The notes under the pieces are model-generated. The model saw nothing but the letters and a program-made list of their open reading frames with translations. It had not been told where the DNA came from and made no database searches. A program made the position numbers and the translations under genes. DNA of 64,000 nucleotides from Dehalococcoidia bacterium (GTDB taxonomy: Bacteria; Chloroflexota; Dehalococcoidia; DSTF01; WHTK01): the NCBI GenBank assembly GCA_965247485.1, contig OZ252017.1, forward strand, positions 771,192 to 835,191. Reading direction: 5' to 3'. This document shows positions 38,333 to 48,891 of this stretch, in pieces; within the stretch, counting starts at the first letter, position 1, and each line of letters opens with the position of its first letter.

Positions 38333-38463
38333 GGCCGTAGCCAGCTAGAAGCCTTCTGGCTCGGCTGAATTGGCAAGGCGGGTTCCATTTCCTTACCAAG
38401 CGATATGAAGTTTAATTGCTATTATAGGAAGACAATTCCTCGTCCAGCCCAAGGAGCAACTCA

Positions 38464-38718
38464 GTGACGACCGAAACCGTCCACGACCCCGTTTGCCACA
38501 TGGACATTGATCCGAAAGGCGCGGAGGGAAGCGCTGACCATGACGGCCAGACCTACTACTTCTGCAGCCGCGGCTGCAAGATGGACTTCGAAGAAGACCC
38601 AGCCGGTGTTCTCACGGCCGAGGCGGCGTATGACCACAGCCAGCCAATGGATGAGGGCATGATGGGCGCGACACCGGCGGCCTCAAAGCGGCCCTGGTGG
38701 CAGTTCTGGCGTAGCTAG
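38464..38718 (+). CDS. YHS domain metal-binding protein
   Basis: DPVCHMDID ... YYFCSRGCK (YHS/TRASH-like). GTG start with AAGGAG RBS. Confidence 0.65.
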   Translation: MTTETVHDPVCHMDIDPKGAEGSADHDGQTYYFCSRGCKMDFEEDPAGVLTAEAAYDHSQPMDEGMMGATPAASKRPWWQFWRS

Positions 38719-38794
38719 CAGGAAGCGGCCCATCTCTCTTCTTTAAGGAGAACCCTCTGGACAGGCTAGGGGCTGCAAACTTCCATCTCGTGCT

Positions 38795-39652
38795 CTACGT
38801 TCGGCTGGAAACCTCGGCCAGGCATTCCCCCGCCCGCGTCAGCAGTTGTTTGGCTGGCAGCGCCAATTCCTCACGCTCTTTTTCGCGCTGAATCCGCCGC
38901 AGCCGCCGCAGCGTCAGCCGCACCAGAGTAAACGCCTCATAGAGCAGGGCTCGATTGCCCCCTCCCGGCTCGGCCGCCTGCTTGAGGTATTCCTCAAGAA
39001 ACAAATCGCGATAGTCGATCAAGTGACCCTGCCCCGGCTGCCGCGATTCATTCCAGACCTCGGCGCAGTAGCCGCCGACATCCAGCGCCGTGTCGCCGAC
39101 CGTCCAGCCATCGAGATCGAGAAACGCCGCGCGCTCTCCATCGAGGAAGATTGCGTCCGGCCGAAATCCGGTATGAATCAGGCTGGGCGCCGGTGGCTCC
39201 GGCAGCTTGGCAGCCAATGCTTCGATCTGGTCCAGCAGCCCCCGAGCGTCTGAGGCTACTTGGGGCGCGGCGTCACCAAACTGCTCCGAATGCTTTCGCA
39301 AGCTGGCAAGTTCCTCGTCCAGAGAGCCAAGCTTGCCTTCTGTGACCGGAGTCGAGTGAAACGCCGTCAGCGCCGAGGCGGCCAAGCTGGTTGCTTTGCG
39401 CGTCGCGCTGGCATCACCGGCGGTCAGCAGCGATAACATGTCGGTCCCTGACAGGCATTCCATCAAGACAAGATTTAGATCGTCGAAATAAGCCAGGGGC
39501 TCGGGAACCGGCGAGTTGCCCGTCGATGCCTGGAAGACCTGGTGTAGAACTTGCCAAAGCCTCGCCGCCCGCCGCTCCTTGCGAACACCTTGCCAATTAA
39601 TTGTGGCATCTCTGAGAACTGCTCTGAACCAAGCGTGTAGCGAATCAGACAA
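38795..39652 (-). CDS. phosphotransferase enzyme family (APH/choline-kinase-like) protein
   Basis: Brenner-like LIHTGFRPDAIFL and DLDGWTVGD (DxD) motifs. 285 aa. Confidence 0.5.
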   Translation of the reverse strand: MSDSLHAWFRAVLRDATINWQGVRKERRAARLWQVLHQVFQASTGNSPVPEPLAYFDDLNLVLMECLSGTDMLSLLTAGDASATRKATSLAASALTAFHSTPVTEGKLGSLDEELASLRKHSEQFGDAAPQVASDARGLLDQIEALAAKLPEPPAPSLIHTGFRPDAIFLDGERAAFLDLDGWTVGDTALDVGGYCAEVWNESRQPGQGHLIDYRDLFLEEYLKQAAEPGGGNRALLYEAFTLVRLTLRRLRRIQREKEREELALPAKQLLTRAGECLAEVSSRT

Positions 39653-39916
39653 TGGCGGCCCTGCTTGAGGTTCATGCTTCGGACGTTGAGCTCGAAGGCA
39701 AGTTGGTCGGTCGCGGACACTCTCAGTGCCGATAGTAGCCGCGGCGCCATGATCGCGGAATCCATGGCGGCCTCGAGACCCGGCAGCTCTGAATCGGCCG
39801 AAGACCGCTCTCTTCTGCGATTAGCTCCACCGCCACGGGGAGGTCTACGTTCGCTCATAAACCCTGTTCGCACCCGTCTTGCCAGATCTCAGTCACCTCA
39901 AGCGTAACTCTTAACG

Positions 39917-40426
39917 TCAGGAGCCCCGCTTCGGCCTATGCAACGCCGCTTCGACCTGGCGATGGTTATAGCTGGGCCGAGCCAAATGCAGGGCTTCGTG
40001 ACGCACCGTTTCCGCGATCGCCGGCCACTCTCGCGCGTGAGTGCGCACGTAAGCGATGCCAGGGTGACGGTGCCGGAGGTGGCAAATCGTTGCCATGCCA
40101 AGCTTGCCTCGTGTTCCCCTGCGGGTCGTCGGGGACGCAAGACGCGCCTTGTAGGATGGGCATCCGAGAGCGGACATCTCTTCACGCCAGGATGCATCGC
40201 TGAAACAGAGAATGTACTTAAGATCAGCCCGGCCCAGCCGCGCCAACTCAGCCGCCATCAGAGCCGCGGCCTGGTCTTGTTTGCTCCGTCCACCGGATTG
40301 CTCAGACATCAGGGCTAGTATATGCATGGCCGGTCGTGACCCACCAGGAATGCAAGGGCGGAATTGGTCGTCAGAGGCAGCCCCAAAAGCCCCGCTGCTA
40401 TCACCCCACGCCCTTTGCGTCGTCAA
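39917..40426 (-). CDS. hypothetical protein with HExxH (RHEALHLARPSYNH) metallopeptidase-like motif (YgjP/DUF45-like?)
   Basis: Motif only. The overlapping ORFs in this region are ambiguous. Confidence 0.3.
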   Translation of the reverse strand: MTTQRAWGDSSGAFGAASDDQFRPCIPGGSRPAMHILALMSEQSGGRSKQDQAAALMAAELARLGRADLKYILCFSDASWREEMSALGCPSYKARLASPTTRRGTRGKLGMATICHLRHRHPGIAYVRTHAREWPAIAETVRHEALHLARPSYNHRQVEAALHRPKRGS

Positions 40427-40486
40427 TCTGGCCGCTCACAAACGCCAGACTTACTATAGAGGTCTAATTCAGCCCCGAGGACCAAT

Positions 40487-41296
40487 ATGCGCCAGTTTGA
40501 TCAATCGACCATTATCTCCAGCCGCGCCAACGACCGCGTCAAACAGGTCCGTGCACTGCGCAATCGTCATGAGCGCGAAACAACGAAGGCGTTTTTCGCC
40601 GAGGGACCCCGCATCCTCAGGGCTGCGCTGGAGACCGGCGCCGACATTCTGCTGCTCGTCCTCTGCCCCGAACGTCTCTCGCCCGAAGAAGAACAACTTG
40701 CAGAGCAGATCAACCGGCGCCAACCTCAACTCTTGGAAGTTACCGCGTCCGTATTCGATAGCCTTTCCTTTCGCGAAGAGGGTCAGTCGATTGGCGCCGT
40801 GGTTCAGCAAAAATGGGAGATTCTTAGCTCTGAGACCGTTGGCCGGCGCTGCTGGGTGACCCTGCACGGCATTCAGCATCCCGGCAACCTTGGCACCATT
40901 ATTCGCACTAACGATGCCATCGGCGGCGACGGCGTCATCCTCTCCGGCCGCAGCACCGACCCCTATAATCCGGTCGCGGTTCGAGGCAGCTTGGGGTCGA
41001 TTTTCACCCAACGCGTCGTCAGTGCCGACTCGGCCCAGCTGGCCAATTGGGCAAAAGCTTCCGGCTGCAATGTCATCGGCGCCTCATCGGATGGCGACCT
41101 TGATTTTCGGGAGGCGGATTACGCCTCGCGCCCGATCCTGTTGTTTATGGGCAACGAGCGCGGTGGACTGTCCCCCGAGCAGCTCGATCTCTGCGACACG
41201 GTTGTCCGCATACCGATGGGTGGCTACGTGGAGTCGCTCAACCTCGCCGTCGCCGCTGGCCTGATTCTTTACGAGGTCTTGCGCCAGAACCAATAA
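40487..41296 (+). CDS. TrmH/SpoU family RNA 2'-O-methyltransferase (RlmB-like)
   Basis: GIQHPGNLGTIIRTNDAIG and LNLAVAAGLILYEV SpoU motifs. 269 aa. Confidence 0.8.
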   Translation: MRQFDQSTIISSRANDRVKQVRALRNRHERETTKAFFAEGPRILRAALETGADILLLVLCPERLSPEEEQLAEQINRRQPQLLEVTASVFDSLSFREEGQSIGAVVQQKWEILSSETVGRRCWVTLHGIQHPGNLGTIIRTNDAIGGDGVILSGRSTDPYNPVAVRGSLGSIFTQRVVSADSAQLANWAKASGCNVIGASSDGDLDFREADYASRPILLFMGNERGGLSPEQLDLCDTVVRIPMGGYVESLNLAVAAGLILYEVLRQNQ

Positions 41297-41317
41297 GCGG
41301 CTCGCGCTTCTTGAAAC

Positions 41318-42397
41318 TCATTCGAGGTCGTACTCCAGACCCAACTCGCCGCACATCTTGCGCAAGCCGTCGATAACTGACGAGTGAAAAGGCACCCCGC
41401 TCCGCCGGCACTCCTCCTCCATCGCCGCCTCCGGCTCACCGGGAAAAGTTAGCGGACCCTTACCCGGCAGCCGTGGCTTGGTTCGCATCACCGCCTTCAT
41501 CGAGTCCATCTGGTCAAAATACTCCTCGATGTCTGTAAAGGCGTCGATACGCATCGCCCCGAAAAAGTGGTTAGCGTGGCGTGGCTGGAGCTCAGAGCTT
41601 GAACCACCGCCGCTGAGCATGCCGGTAAGCACGTCAACCATTAGCGAAAGCCCAAACCCTTTCCAGCCACCGTGCTCCTGATCGGCGCCCAACGGCAGAA
41701 TGCTGCCGATGACCTCGTAAAGTCGGTTTGGGTCGCTGATTGGTGTGCCATCGGGCTCGATCCCCCAGCCTTCCGGAACCTGCACCCCACGACGACGCGC
41801 TATCTCAAACTTCCCCGCCGCCACTACCGAGGTCGCCATATCGAGACAAAACGGCACCTCCGGCGCCCGGCATGGCGCCGCGAAGGAAAGAGCGTTGAGG
41901 CCGTAGGTCCGAGCCGCCCCGCCGGGCGGTGTCACGTAGTTACCGCCAGTGGTCATCGAAATGCCGATCATGTCGTGTTCGATCGCCATCAGCGCGTATG
42001 GCGAGGCCGCACCGTAGTGAGTGCTGTTTCGCACCGAGATCATGCCGATGCCGGTAGCACGCGCCTTTTCGATCGCCATTCCCATGGCGATTGTTGCCGG
42101 CACAAAGCCCAAGGCATGGTCGCCATCTATTGAGGCCGCCGCCGGGAAGTCCCGTAACACCCGGATCTCGGGCTTGAGGCTGAGATCTTTTTCCCGTGAC
42201 CGATTGACGTAGTAATCCACGAAGCGGGCGAAGCCGTGCGACTGGATCCCGCGCATGTCAGCGGAAAGCAGAACCGCAACCGCCATTTCGGCTTGATCCA
42301 CCTCGACCCCGGCGGCCACCAGGGCACGCACGCCGAGGCGGCTCAGCTTGGCCGCCTCGACGCGAACATCGGCATCGTTGGCCGCCGTCTCAGGCAT
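41318..42397 (-). CDS. Ldh family oxidoreductase (malate/L-sulfolactate dehydrogenase family 2)
   Basis: VRNSTHYGAASPYA. The start was reset to the ATG at 42397, 4 nt after the HpcH stop. Confidence 0.7.
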   Translation of the reverse strand: MPETAANDADVRVEAAKLSRLGVRALVAAGVEVDQAEMAVAVLLSADMRGIQSHGFARFVDYYVNRSREKDLSLKPEIRVLRDFPAAASIDGDHALGFVPATIAMGMAIEKARATGIGMISVRNSTHYGAASPYALMAIEHDMIGISMTTGGNYVTPPGGAARTYGLNALSFAAPCRAPEVPFCLDMATSVVAAGKFEIARRRGVQVPEGWGIEPDGTPISDPNRLYEVIGSILPLGADQEHGGWKGFGLSLMVDVLTGMLSGGGSSSELQPRHANHFFGAMRIDAFTDIEEYFDQMDSMKAVMRTKPRLPGKGPLTFPGEPEAAMEEECRRSGVPFHSSVIDGLRKMCGELGLEYDLE

Positions 42398-43184
42398 TCG
42401 GTTTCTCTGGATAGACCTCGGCCTGGGTCTCTCTGGCGATGCCAAGCTCACGTGTTGCGCCGCCAATCAATCCCGCGCCATCCGACGTGAGTAGGATCAT
42501 CTTGAACCCCTCTCGCAGGTATCGAGTCGTCAACGCCGAACCGGACGTATGAATACCCGGCACCTTGCCGTGGCGTTCGCATGCTTCTCGTATTCGCGTA
42601 ACCTCTGCCGCATGCGTTGGGTTATCAGCATTGTAAGGCTGCCCGAGTCCCAGCGCCGCGCTCAGATCTCCCGGGCCGATATACAACACGTCTATGCCCG
42701 GCACGGCCGCGATTTCATCCAAGTTCTCCAGGGCCTTCGGAGTCTCGATCATCACGCACAACGCGATCTCATCGTTGGCCTCCTGGGCGTAACCGGCACC
42801 GGCGTATATGTTGGCCCTGATCGGTCCAAAGCTGCGAATACCCTCAGGCGCGTAGCGCGCCGCCCGTACCGCCGCTTCTGCATCGGCCTTCGTCTCGATC
42901 ATCGGCACGATGATTCCGTAGGCCCCCGCATCCAGGTATTTCATGATTATGGACGGCTCGTTCCAGGGCACCCGCACGAATGGCATGGTGTCTGTGGTCG
43001 AAATGGCCTGCAGCATTGGCAAGGCATTCGTGTAATCGATCGCACCGTGCTGAGTATCAATGCATACCCAGTCGAAACCTCGGTGGGCCATTAGCTCGGC
43101 GCTAAAACTACTCGGGATTGATAACCAGCCGCCGATCGCCGGTAAGCCATCTCGCCATTTTTGCTTCACTGAGTTTGGGCGCAT
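42390..43184 (-). CDS. HpcH/HpaI family aldolase
   Basis: GFDWVCIDTQHGA ... VRVPWNEPSIIMKYLDAGAYGIIVPMIE. 264 aa. Operonic with the Ldh-family gene. Confidence 0.75.
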   Translation of the reverse strand: MRPNSVKQKWRDGLPAIGGWLSIPSSFSAELMAHRGFDWVCIDTQHGAIDYTNALPMLQAISTTDTMPFVRVPWNEPSIIMKYLDAGAYGIIVPMIETKADAEAAVRAARYAPEGIRSFGPIRANIYAGAGYAQEANDEIALCVMIETPKALENLDEIAAVPGIDVLYIGPGDLSAALGLGQPYNADNPTHAAEVTRIREACERHGKVPGIHTSGSALTTRYLREGFKMILLTSDGAGLIGGATRELGIARETQAEVYPEKPNA

Positions 43185-43339
43185 TCTCTGCCTGTGCCTT
43201 TCTGTTCCTGGCCAACGGGCGGGTCCTGGCTGAAAAAACCCAAGCCCGTCCTGGTTACAATCGTGGCCTTAGAGTAGTCTCCTTGCGCCCCTCTGGGCTA
43301 GACAGCATCTCGGCAGAAACTTCGAGGCAGAAAAACAAC

Positions 43340-44699
43340 ATGGCATCCGGCGGCTCGCAAGAAAGCAAACCAGTAGAGGACGCCCCAAGGCCAGAGCGGC
43401 TGCTGCAGAACCAACGCTCCGTCCGATTCGCGGTCGCCAAGTTCTTGCAGCTTTTGGCCCAATACGCTCTGATCTACGGCCTCTTTATCGCTGTAATCTC
43501 CCGCCAGGATTCATCTCTCACAACCAGCGCCTTCGTCCTCGCCTCGATCGTGCCATCCGTACTCCTCAGCGTTCCTGGCGGCCTGATTGCCGACCTGCTG
43601 CCAAAGAAACTGATTCTGACGCTTTCGATGTCCGCCCGCATCGTCATCGTGCTCTTCTTCCTGGACGCCGATTTGGGGCTAAATCTTGTCCTTATCCTCA
43701 CGTTCCTGACCTGGACCGCCTACCAGTTCTTCACCCCGGCCGAGAGCGCGGCCCTCCCGGCAATCGCGTTGCCCAACCAGCTCAATTCAGCGACTTCGCT
43801 CCTCCACGCCATCTCGTTGATCGCCCAGCTTGCCGGCGCCGGTGCCGTGGCACCGCTGGTTGTAACTGCTTGGCCTTGACGGGCTGTTCACCGTGGTCTT
43901 GCTGCTCCTAATTGGCAGCACTATTTTGTACCTCACCACTTCCGGTTTGACTCGGGGTCAGGCCAAATCTATGCACAAAAGAGCTATCTGGCCAAAAGCT
44001 AGCTGGTGGCGTTCAATGCCTCAGGGCCTGCGCACAATTCGCGCCGACCAGACCCTAACCCGCATCACGGCGCTGAGGGTCCTGGTTGACGCCGGCACCC
44101 TGATGATCGTGGTCGCGGCGCCGGCGTTTATCCAGGAAACCCTGAATTCCGGCACTGAAAATGCGATTTATCTGGCCTCGCCCGCAGCGCTCGGTATCGC
44201 TCTCGGGCTGCTAGCCACGCCGCCCTTGCTCTTCCTGTTCAGCGTTCGAACCATGGCGGTCGCCGGATTTTGTCTATTTATCGCCATCGTTTTAGCCTTG
44301 CCGTTAATCGAGCCGGTGTCGCAATTCCTCACAAACCATCTTGGCGTTCTCGATTGGATCCGCCGCACCTCCGGCCTTTCGCGCCAAGTCCTCACCACCC
44401 TATTTCTCCTGCCCTGGGCCGGCCTCGGCATCAGCTTCGTGCAAGTCTCCAGCCGAACCATGGTCTACAAACGCGTGCCGCCCCGCCTTATCGCCCAGGT
44501 CTTCGCAACTCAATCCGCCGTCAGCAGCATCGCCACTTTGCTGCCAACCTTCCTCGCCGGCGCTCTTTTGGACCTGCTGCCGGTCGAAACAGTGCTCGTA
44601 GCCTTTGCCGCCGGCCTGGCCGTCCTGGCGCTTGCCGCCTTTCGCGGTGCGCCCAAAGCCGCCGCCGCGGATGGCACCGATGCGCCGGCATCGAATTGA
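43340..44699 (+). pseudogene. MFS transporter, single frameshift near 43880
   Basis: N-half ends ...APLVVTAWP*. The second half (43893-44699, LLLLIGSTILYL...) continues in another frame. Start set at MASGGSQ (43340). Confidence 0.55.
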
Positions 44700-44751
44700 C
44701 GAACGCGGGATTTTAAACTGAGTCGTATCGGGTGCGGGATGCTCTTCGGAA

Positions 44752-44782
44752 GGCTGATTTCGCCAAAAGCAAGAAATCAGCC
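44752..44782. terminator. perfect 10-bp stem hairpin (GGCTGATTTC...GAAATCAGCC) between convergent MFS and ppdK; no U tract
   Basis: Seen directly. Possible bidirectional terminator. Confidence 0.3.
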
Positions 44783-44802
44783 GGTGTTAGACCTGGGAGG
44801 CG

Positions 44803-47547
44803 CTACTTCGCGGCAGTAGCCTCCGCAGCCCGCTCCCGCAGGACAGCTTGTCCAGCGGCGACTCGGGCAATCGGCACCCGGAACGGTGAGCAACTAACGT
44901 AGTCGAGCCCGAGCCGATGACAGAACTCAACCGAGGTCGGCTCGCCGCCGTGTTCACCGCAAATGCCCATTTTTAGACCGGGGCGAACGTCTCGGCCTTT
45001 TTCCACCGCCATCCGCATCAGGCTACCCACGCCGTCCTGATCCAGACGCACAAACGGGTCGGCCTCAATCACACCTTTTTCCAGATATGCCGGCAAGAAG
45101 TGAGGTGAATCATCGCGAGAGATTCCAAATGTCGTCTGAGTAAGATCATTGGTCCCGAACGAGAAGAACTCCGCGTGTTCCGCGATCGCATCAGCAATCA
45201 TGCAGGTTCGAGGCAGCTCGATCATTGTGCCAACCAGATACTCAACCTTGGTTCCGGTCTCCTCAATCACCCGTTCCGCCGTTTCGACCGTTTGCGCCCG
45301 CATCCGGACCAATTCTTCCTCGATGCCAACGATCGGGATCATTATTTCCGGATAAACGCTCACTCCCTCGCGGCTGAGGGCACAGGCGGCTTCCATGATC
45401 GCGCGTACCTGGGTCTCATAGATTTCCGGGTAAGTAATTCCCAGGCGGCAGCCGCGATGGCCAAGCATCGGGTTGAACTCGGTCAACGCCTGGTTGTGCT
45501 GCGCAACCGCCGAGACGGCCAACCCCAGCGCGCCGGCCACTTCCTCGATCTCCTGATCCGTGTGTGGCAAAAACTCGTGCAACGGTGGATCTAGCAACCG
45601 GATCGTCACCGGCAGACCGTCCATCGCCCGGAAAATTCCTGAGAAATCTGACCTCTGCATCGGCAGGATTTTCGCGAGAGCGTGGCGCCGGCCCGCTTCG
45701 TCTTCGGCCAGAATCATCTCCCTTACCGCCAAAAGCCGGTCAGGTTCGAAGAACATGTGCTCCGTCCGGCACAACCCGATGCCTTCTGCTCCGAAACGCC
45801 TGGCGATTTCGGCGTCTTCCGGGTTGTCCGCGTTGGTCCTCACCCCGAGGCGGCGGACCTCATCCACCCAACTCATCAGGGTGGCGAAGTTGCTGTCCAA
45901 CCTGCCGGACACAACCGGCACCTGGCCCAGCATCACCTCGCCGGTGCTGCCATCTATGCTTATCTCATCGCCCTTACGCACGACAACGTTTTCGCCATCG
46001 ACATGAACCGTAAACTCGCCCGCGGTGTAGTCGATTTGCAGGGCGCCACAGCCTGCTACGCAACAGCGTCCCATACCGCGGGCGACAACCGCCGCGTGTG
46101 AGGTCATGCCTCCTCGAGCCGTGAGAATGCCATTCGCCGCTTTCATGCCGTGAATATCGTCGGGAGACGTTTCCACCCGCACCAGAATCACTCGGACGCC
46201 AGCCTCAGCCTGCCTCTCGGCTTCATCAGCGTTGAACACAACTTTGCCAAAAGCAGCACCCGGTGAGGCCGCAAGCCCTGTGGCGATTACGTTGCGCTCG
46301 GCAGCGGGATCAAAAGTTGGGTGCAGCAACTCGTCGAGCTTGTCTGCCTCAATCCGCAGGACTGCCTCGTCCTTGGAGATCATCCCTTCGCTGACCAGGT
46401 CAACGGCGATCTTCACCATCGCCCGGCCGGTGCGTTTGCCGTTTCTGGTTTGCAGGAGCCAGAGTTTCTGGTTCTGGACCGTGAACTCAATGTCCTGCAT
46501 ATCACGGTAGTGCTGTTCCAACGTCTTATAGACGCTGGTCAACTCTGCAAACGCGGCCGGCATTGCCTTTTCCAGTGACAACTGCCCGCTGGTGTTTGCC
46601 TGCTCGGTTACCGGCTGCGGCGTGCGAATGCCTGCGACGACATCCTCTCCCTGAGCGTTGATCAGAAATTCACCGTAGAATCGCTTCTCCCCGGTCGAGG
46701 GATCGCGGCTAAAACCCACACCGGTGGCGCAGTCATTGCCAAGATTGCCAAAGACCATCGCCTGGACATTGACCGCTGTTCCCCAGTCATTCGGGATGTT
46801 GTAAAGGCGGCGATAGGTGTTAGCGCGTGGGTTGTCCCAGGAGCCGATTACGGCGCCAACCGCGCCCCAGAGCTGGTCCCACGGATCCTCTGGAAAGCGG
46901 ACCTGCTTTCGCTGCCAAATTTCGTCCTTGAATTCGCCGACTAGCTCTTTCAAAGCCTGAGCGCTCAGCTCCGTGTCTAGGGCGATGCCAAGAGCTTTTT
47001 TCTTTGCCTCTAAAATCGTTTCAAACGGATCGGCATCCTGGTCTCCAGCCTTGAGGCCCAAGACCACGTCCCCGTACATCGAAACAAAGCGCCGGTAGGA
47101 ATCGAACGCGAATCGTTCATTGCCGGTCTCGCGGGCCAAAGCGTCAGCAACCTCATCGTTCAGACCCAGGTTTAGGACCGTGTCCATCATCCCCGGCATA
47201 GACACCCGGGCGCCAGAACGAATCGAGACCAGCAGGGGTTTGGCCGCCTCACCAAATCGACGGCCCAAAAGCCGTTCCATAAAAGCAACGCCTTCTTTTA
47301 CCTCATCCACCAGGCCTACGGGATACTTTTGATTATTGGAGTAGTAAGCGCTGCATACTTCAGTCGTGATTGTAAAGCCGGGCGGAACCGGGATGCCAAG
47401 GTTGGTCATCTCCGCCAAGCCGGCACCCTTGCCACCAAGCAAATCACCCATCGCCGCTGAACCGTCGGCCTTGCCATCGCCAAAGCGATAGACGTGCTTC
47501 GCCGAGGTTCCCTCAGAAGCGACGGAGCTTTGCGAGGTCATCGACAT
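44803..47547 (-). CDS. ppdK: pyruvate, phosphate dikinase
   Basis: N-terminus KHVYRFGDGKADGS...GGKGAGLAEMTNLGIPVPPGFTI. Phosphohistidine domain GGMTSHAAVVARGMG. PEP-utilizing C-terminus. Start at 47547 with AGAAGG RBS. Confidence 0.9.
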   Translation of the reverse strand: MSMTSQSSVASEGTSAKHVYRFGDGKADGSAAMGDLLGGKGAGLAEMTNLGIPVPPGFTITTEVCSAYYSNNQKYPVGLVDEVKEGVAFMERLLGRRFGEAAKPLLVSIRSGARVSMPGMMDTVLNLGLNDEVADALARETGNERFAFDSYRRFVSMYGDVVLGLKAGDQDADPFETILEAKKKALGIALDTELSAQALKELVGEFKDEIWQRKQVRFPEDPWDQLWGAVGAVIGSWDNPRANTYRRLYNIPNDWGTAVNVQAMVFGNLGNDCATGVGFSRDPSTGEKRFYGEFLINAQGEDVVAGIRTPQPVTEQANTSGQLSLEKAMPAAFAELTSVYKTLEQHYRDMQDIEFTVQNQKLWLLQTRNGKRTGRAMVKIAVDLVSEGMISKDEAVLRIEADKLDELLHPTFDPAAERNVIATGLAASPGAAFGKVVFNADEAERQAEAGVRVILVRVETSPDDIHGMKAANGILTARGGMTSHAAVVARGMGRCCVAGCGALQIDYTAGEFTVHVDGENVVVRKGDEISIDGSTGEVMLGQVPVVSGRLDSNFATLMSWVDEVRRLGVRTNADNPEDAEIARRFGAEGIGLCRTEHMFFEPDRLLAVREMILAEDEAGRRHALAKILPMQRSDFSGIFRAMDGLPVTIRLLDPPLHEFLPHTDQEIEEVAGALGLAVSAVAQHNQALTEFNPMLGHRGCRLGITYPEIYETQVRAIMEAACALSREGVSVYPEIMIPIVGIEEELVRMRAQTVETAERVIEETGTKVEYLVGTMIELPRTCMIADAIAEHAEFFSFGTNDLTQTTFGISRDDSPHFLPAYLEKGVIEADPFVRLDQDGVGSLMRMAVEKGRDVRPGLKMGICGEHGGEPTSVEFCHRLGLDYVSCSPFRVPIARVAAGQAVLRERAAEATAAK

Positions 47548-47735
47548 TTCGTGCCTTCTTAGATACGCAGAAACGCTGGTTCCGCGGTTTCGGGGCGCCA
47601 AGCGCCAGCCCCGCAATTATAACAACGCTCCAGACCCCCGGTCGATTCAGATTTGCCAGGAATCAGCTAATTTAAGCCGTTCGGCTGGGCCGATTGGCAG
47701 AACCGATAAGAGACGCTAACATAGCAACTGCGACC

Positions 47736-47810
<75 letters not shown>

Positions 47811-48017
47811 TCCACCAATCAACCGCCTGGCTCCAACACGAAATCAGAGCAAATCTGCTCGATTAGCGGATTTGGCCGTGCGCCTTTCTTTTGACCGTTC
47901 GCATCAGCATCCCCTTAGTTTTCTCCCCTTCCTCACCCGGAAAACCTGTGCGGACAACAATCCGGAGCAATCCGGCGTCTGTAACGGCGGCATTGCCACC
48001 TCGTTTTAAGTAATGAG

Positions 48018-48662
48018 GTGGCAAGGATGCTATTACAAGCTGTTTTCCGGTTTCAATCGCGTCTGCTCGCGGCCGCCCAGGCAGTCTGGAAGCAACTTCC
48101 AGCACCCGGTTTAGGCGAGAGCGGCGTCGCCACGCTGCAACTCATTCTCCTCTCCACGCTTGGCGGCACAACGCTGCTCGCTACCGCGGTTCTGACGGAA
48201 ACCGAGGATGTGCTCGATCAATTCGCTGACATAGTGAGCGCCGGTGTCGAACGCGTCAGTGGCAATCTCGAAGTTCGAGGCAGCATCATCGCAACCGCGC
48301 CAGACAACGAGATCGACACGATTCAATTCCAGCTCGGCCTCTTCGGCCACGGTTCCGTTCTCCTGGACTCAGCAGCTTTAGATCAGGAGCGGCTAACGAT
48401 TACCTACCGTGACGCCTCCGGCTTCGCCCCGCTGTTGCCCTACGAGGTCACCTTTCTGGTTGGCGATGGTGACAATCTGCTGGAGCCGGGCGAGCTTGTT
48501 CTGATCACCCTTCACGCGTCCGACATCCGGACTGTAGCGCCCGAGGCGGAGCTTTCAGCTAACTCACGCTTCACATTGGAGTTGCTGCCATCCGTGGGCG
48601 GCATTGTTGAGCTTGGCCGCACATTGCCGCCGATCTTGCAGCCGGTAATGAGTCTGCACTGA
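48018..48662 (+). CDS. hypothetical exported protein with N-terminal hydrophobic segment (pilin/archaellin-like?)
   Basis: TLQLILLSTLGGTTLLATAVLTE then a beta-rich domain. Start uncertain. A perfect 8-bp hairpin overlaps the start. Confidence 0.35.
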   Translation: MARMLLQAVFRFQSRLLAAAQAVWKQLPAPGLGESGVATLQLILLSTLGGTTLLATAVLTETEDVLDQFADIVSAGVERVSGNLEVRGSIIATAPDNEIDTIQFQLGLFGHGSVLLDSAALDQERLTITYRDASGFAPLLPYEVTFLVGDGDNLLEPGELVLITLHASDIRTVAPEAELSANSRFTLELLPSVGGIVELGRTLPPILQPVMSLH

Positions 48663-48891
48663 GGGCCCTTTCAGATCGAGCCTCGCCGCTTAAGATTCCT
48701 GTTTTGCAAAACCTAGAAATAGAGAAGCTCCGGGGCTGCTTCGCTTCCCGGAGCTTCTCTATTAAATGCCGCCAATGGCCGTGGGCCTTGCCGGGAGCGC
48801 CGGCCGCGTCTGGCAAATTTACTTAAAGTTTCATTCTGACCAGTGCCCGGCCTTACTCGCGGGCTGCTTCGCTTCCCGAAGCTTCTCCACC

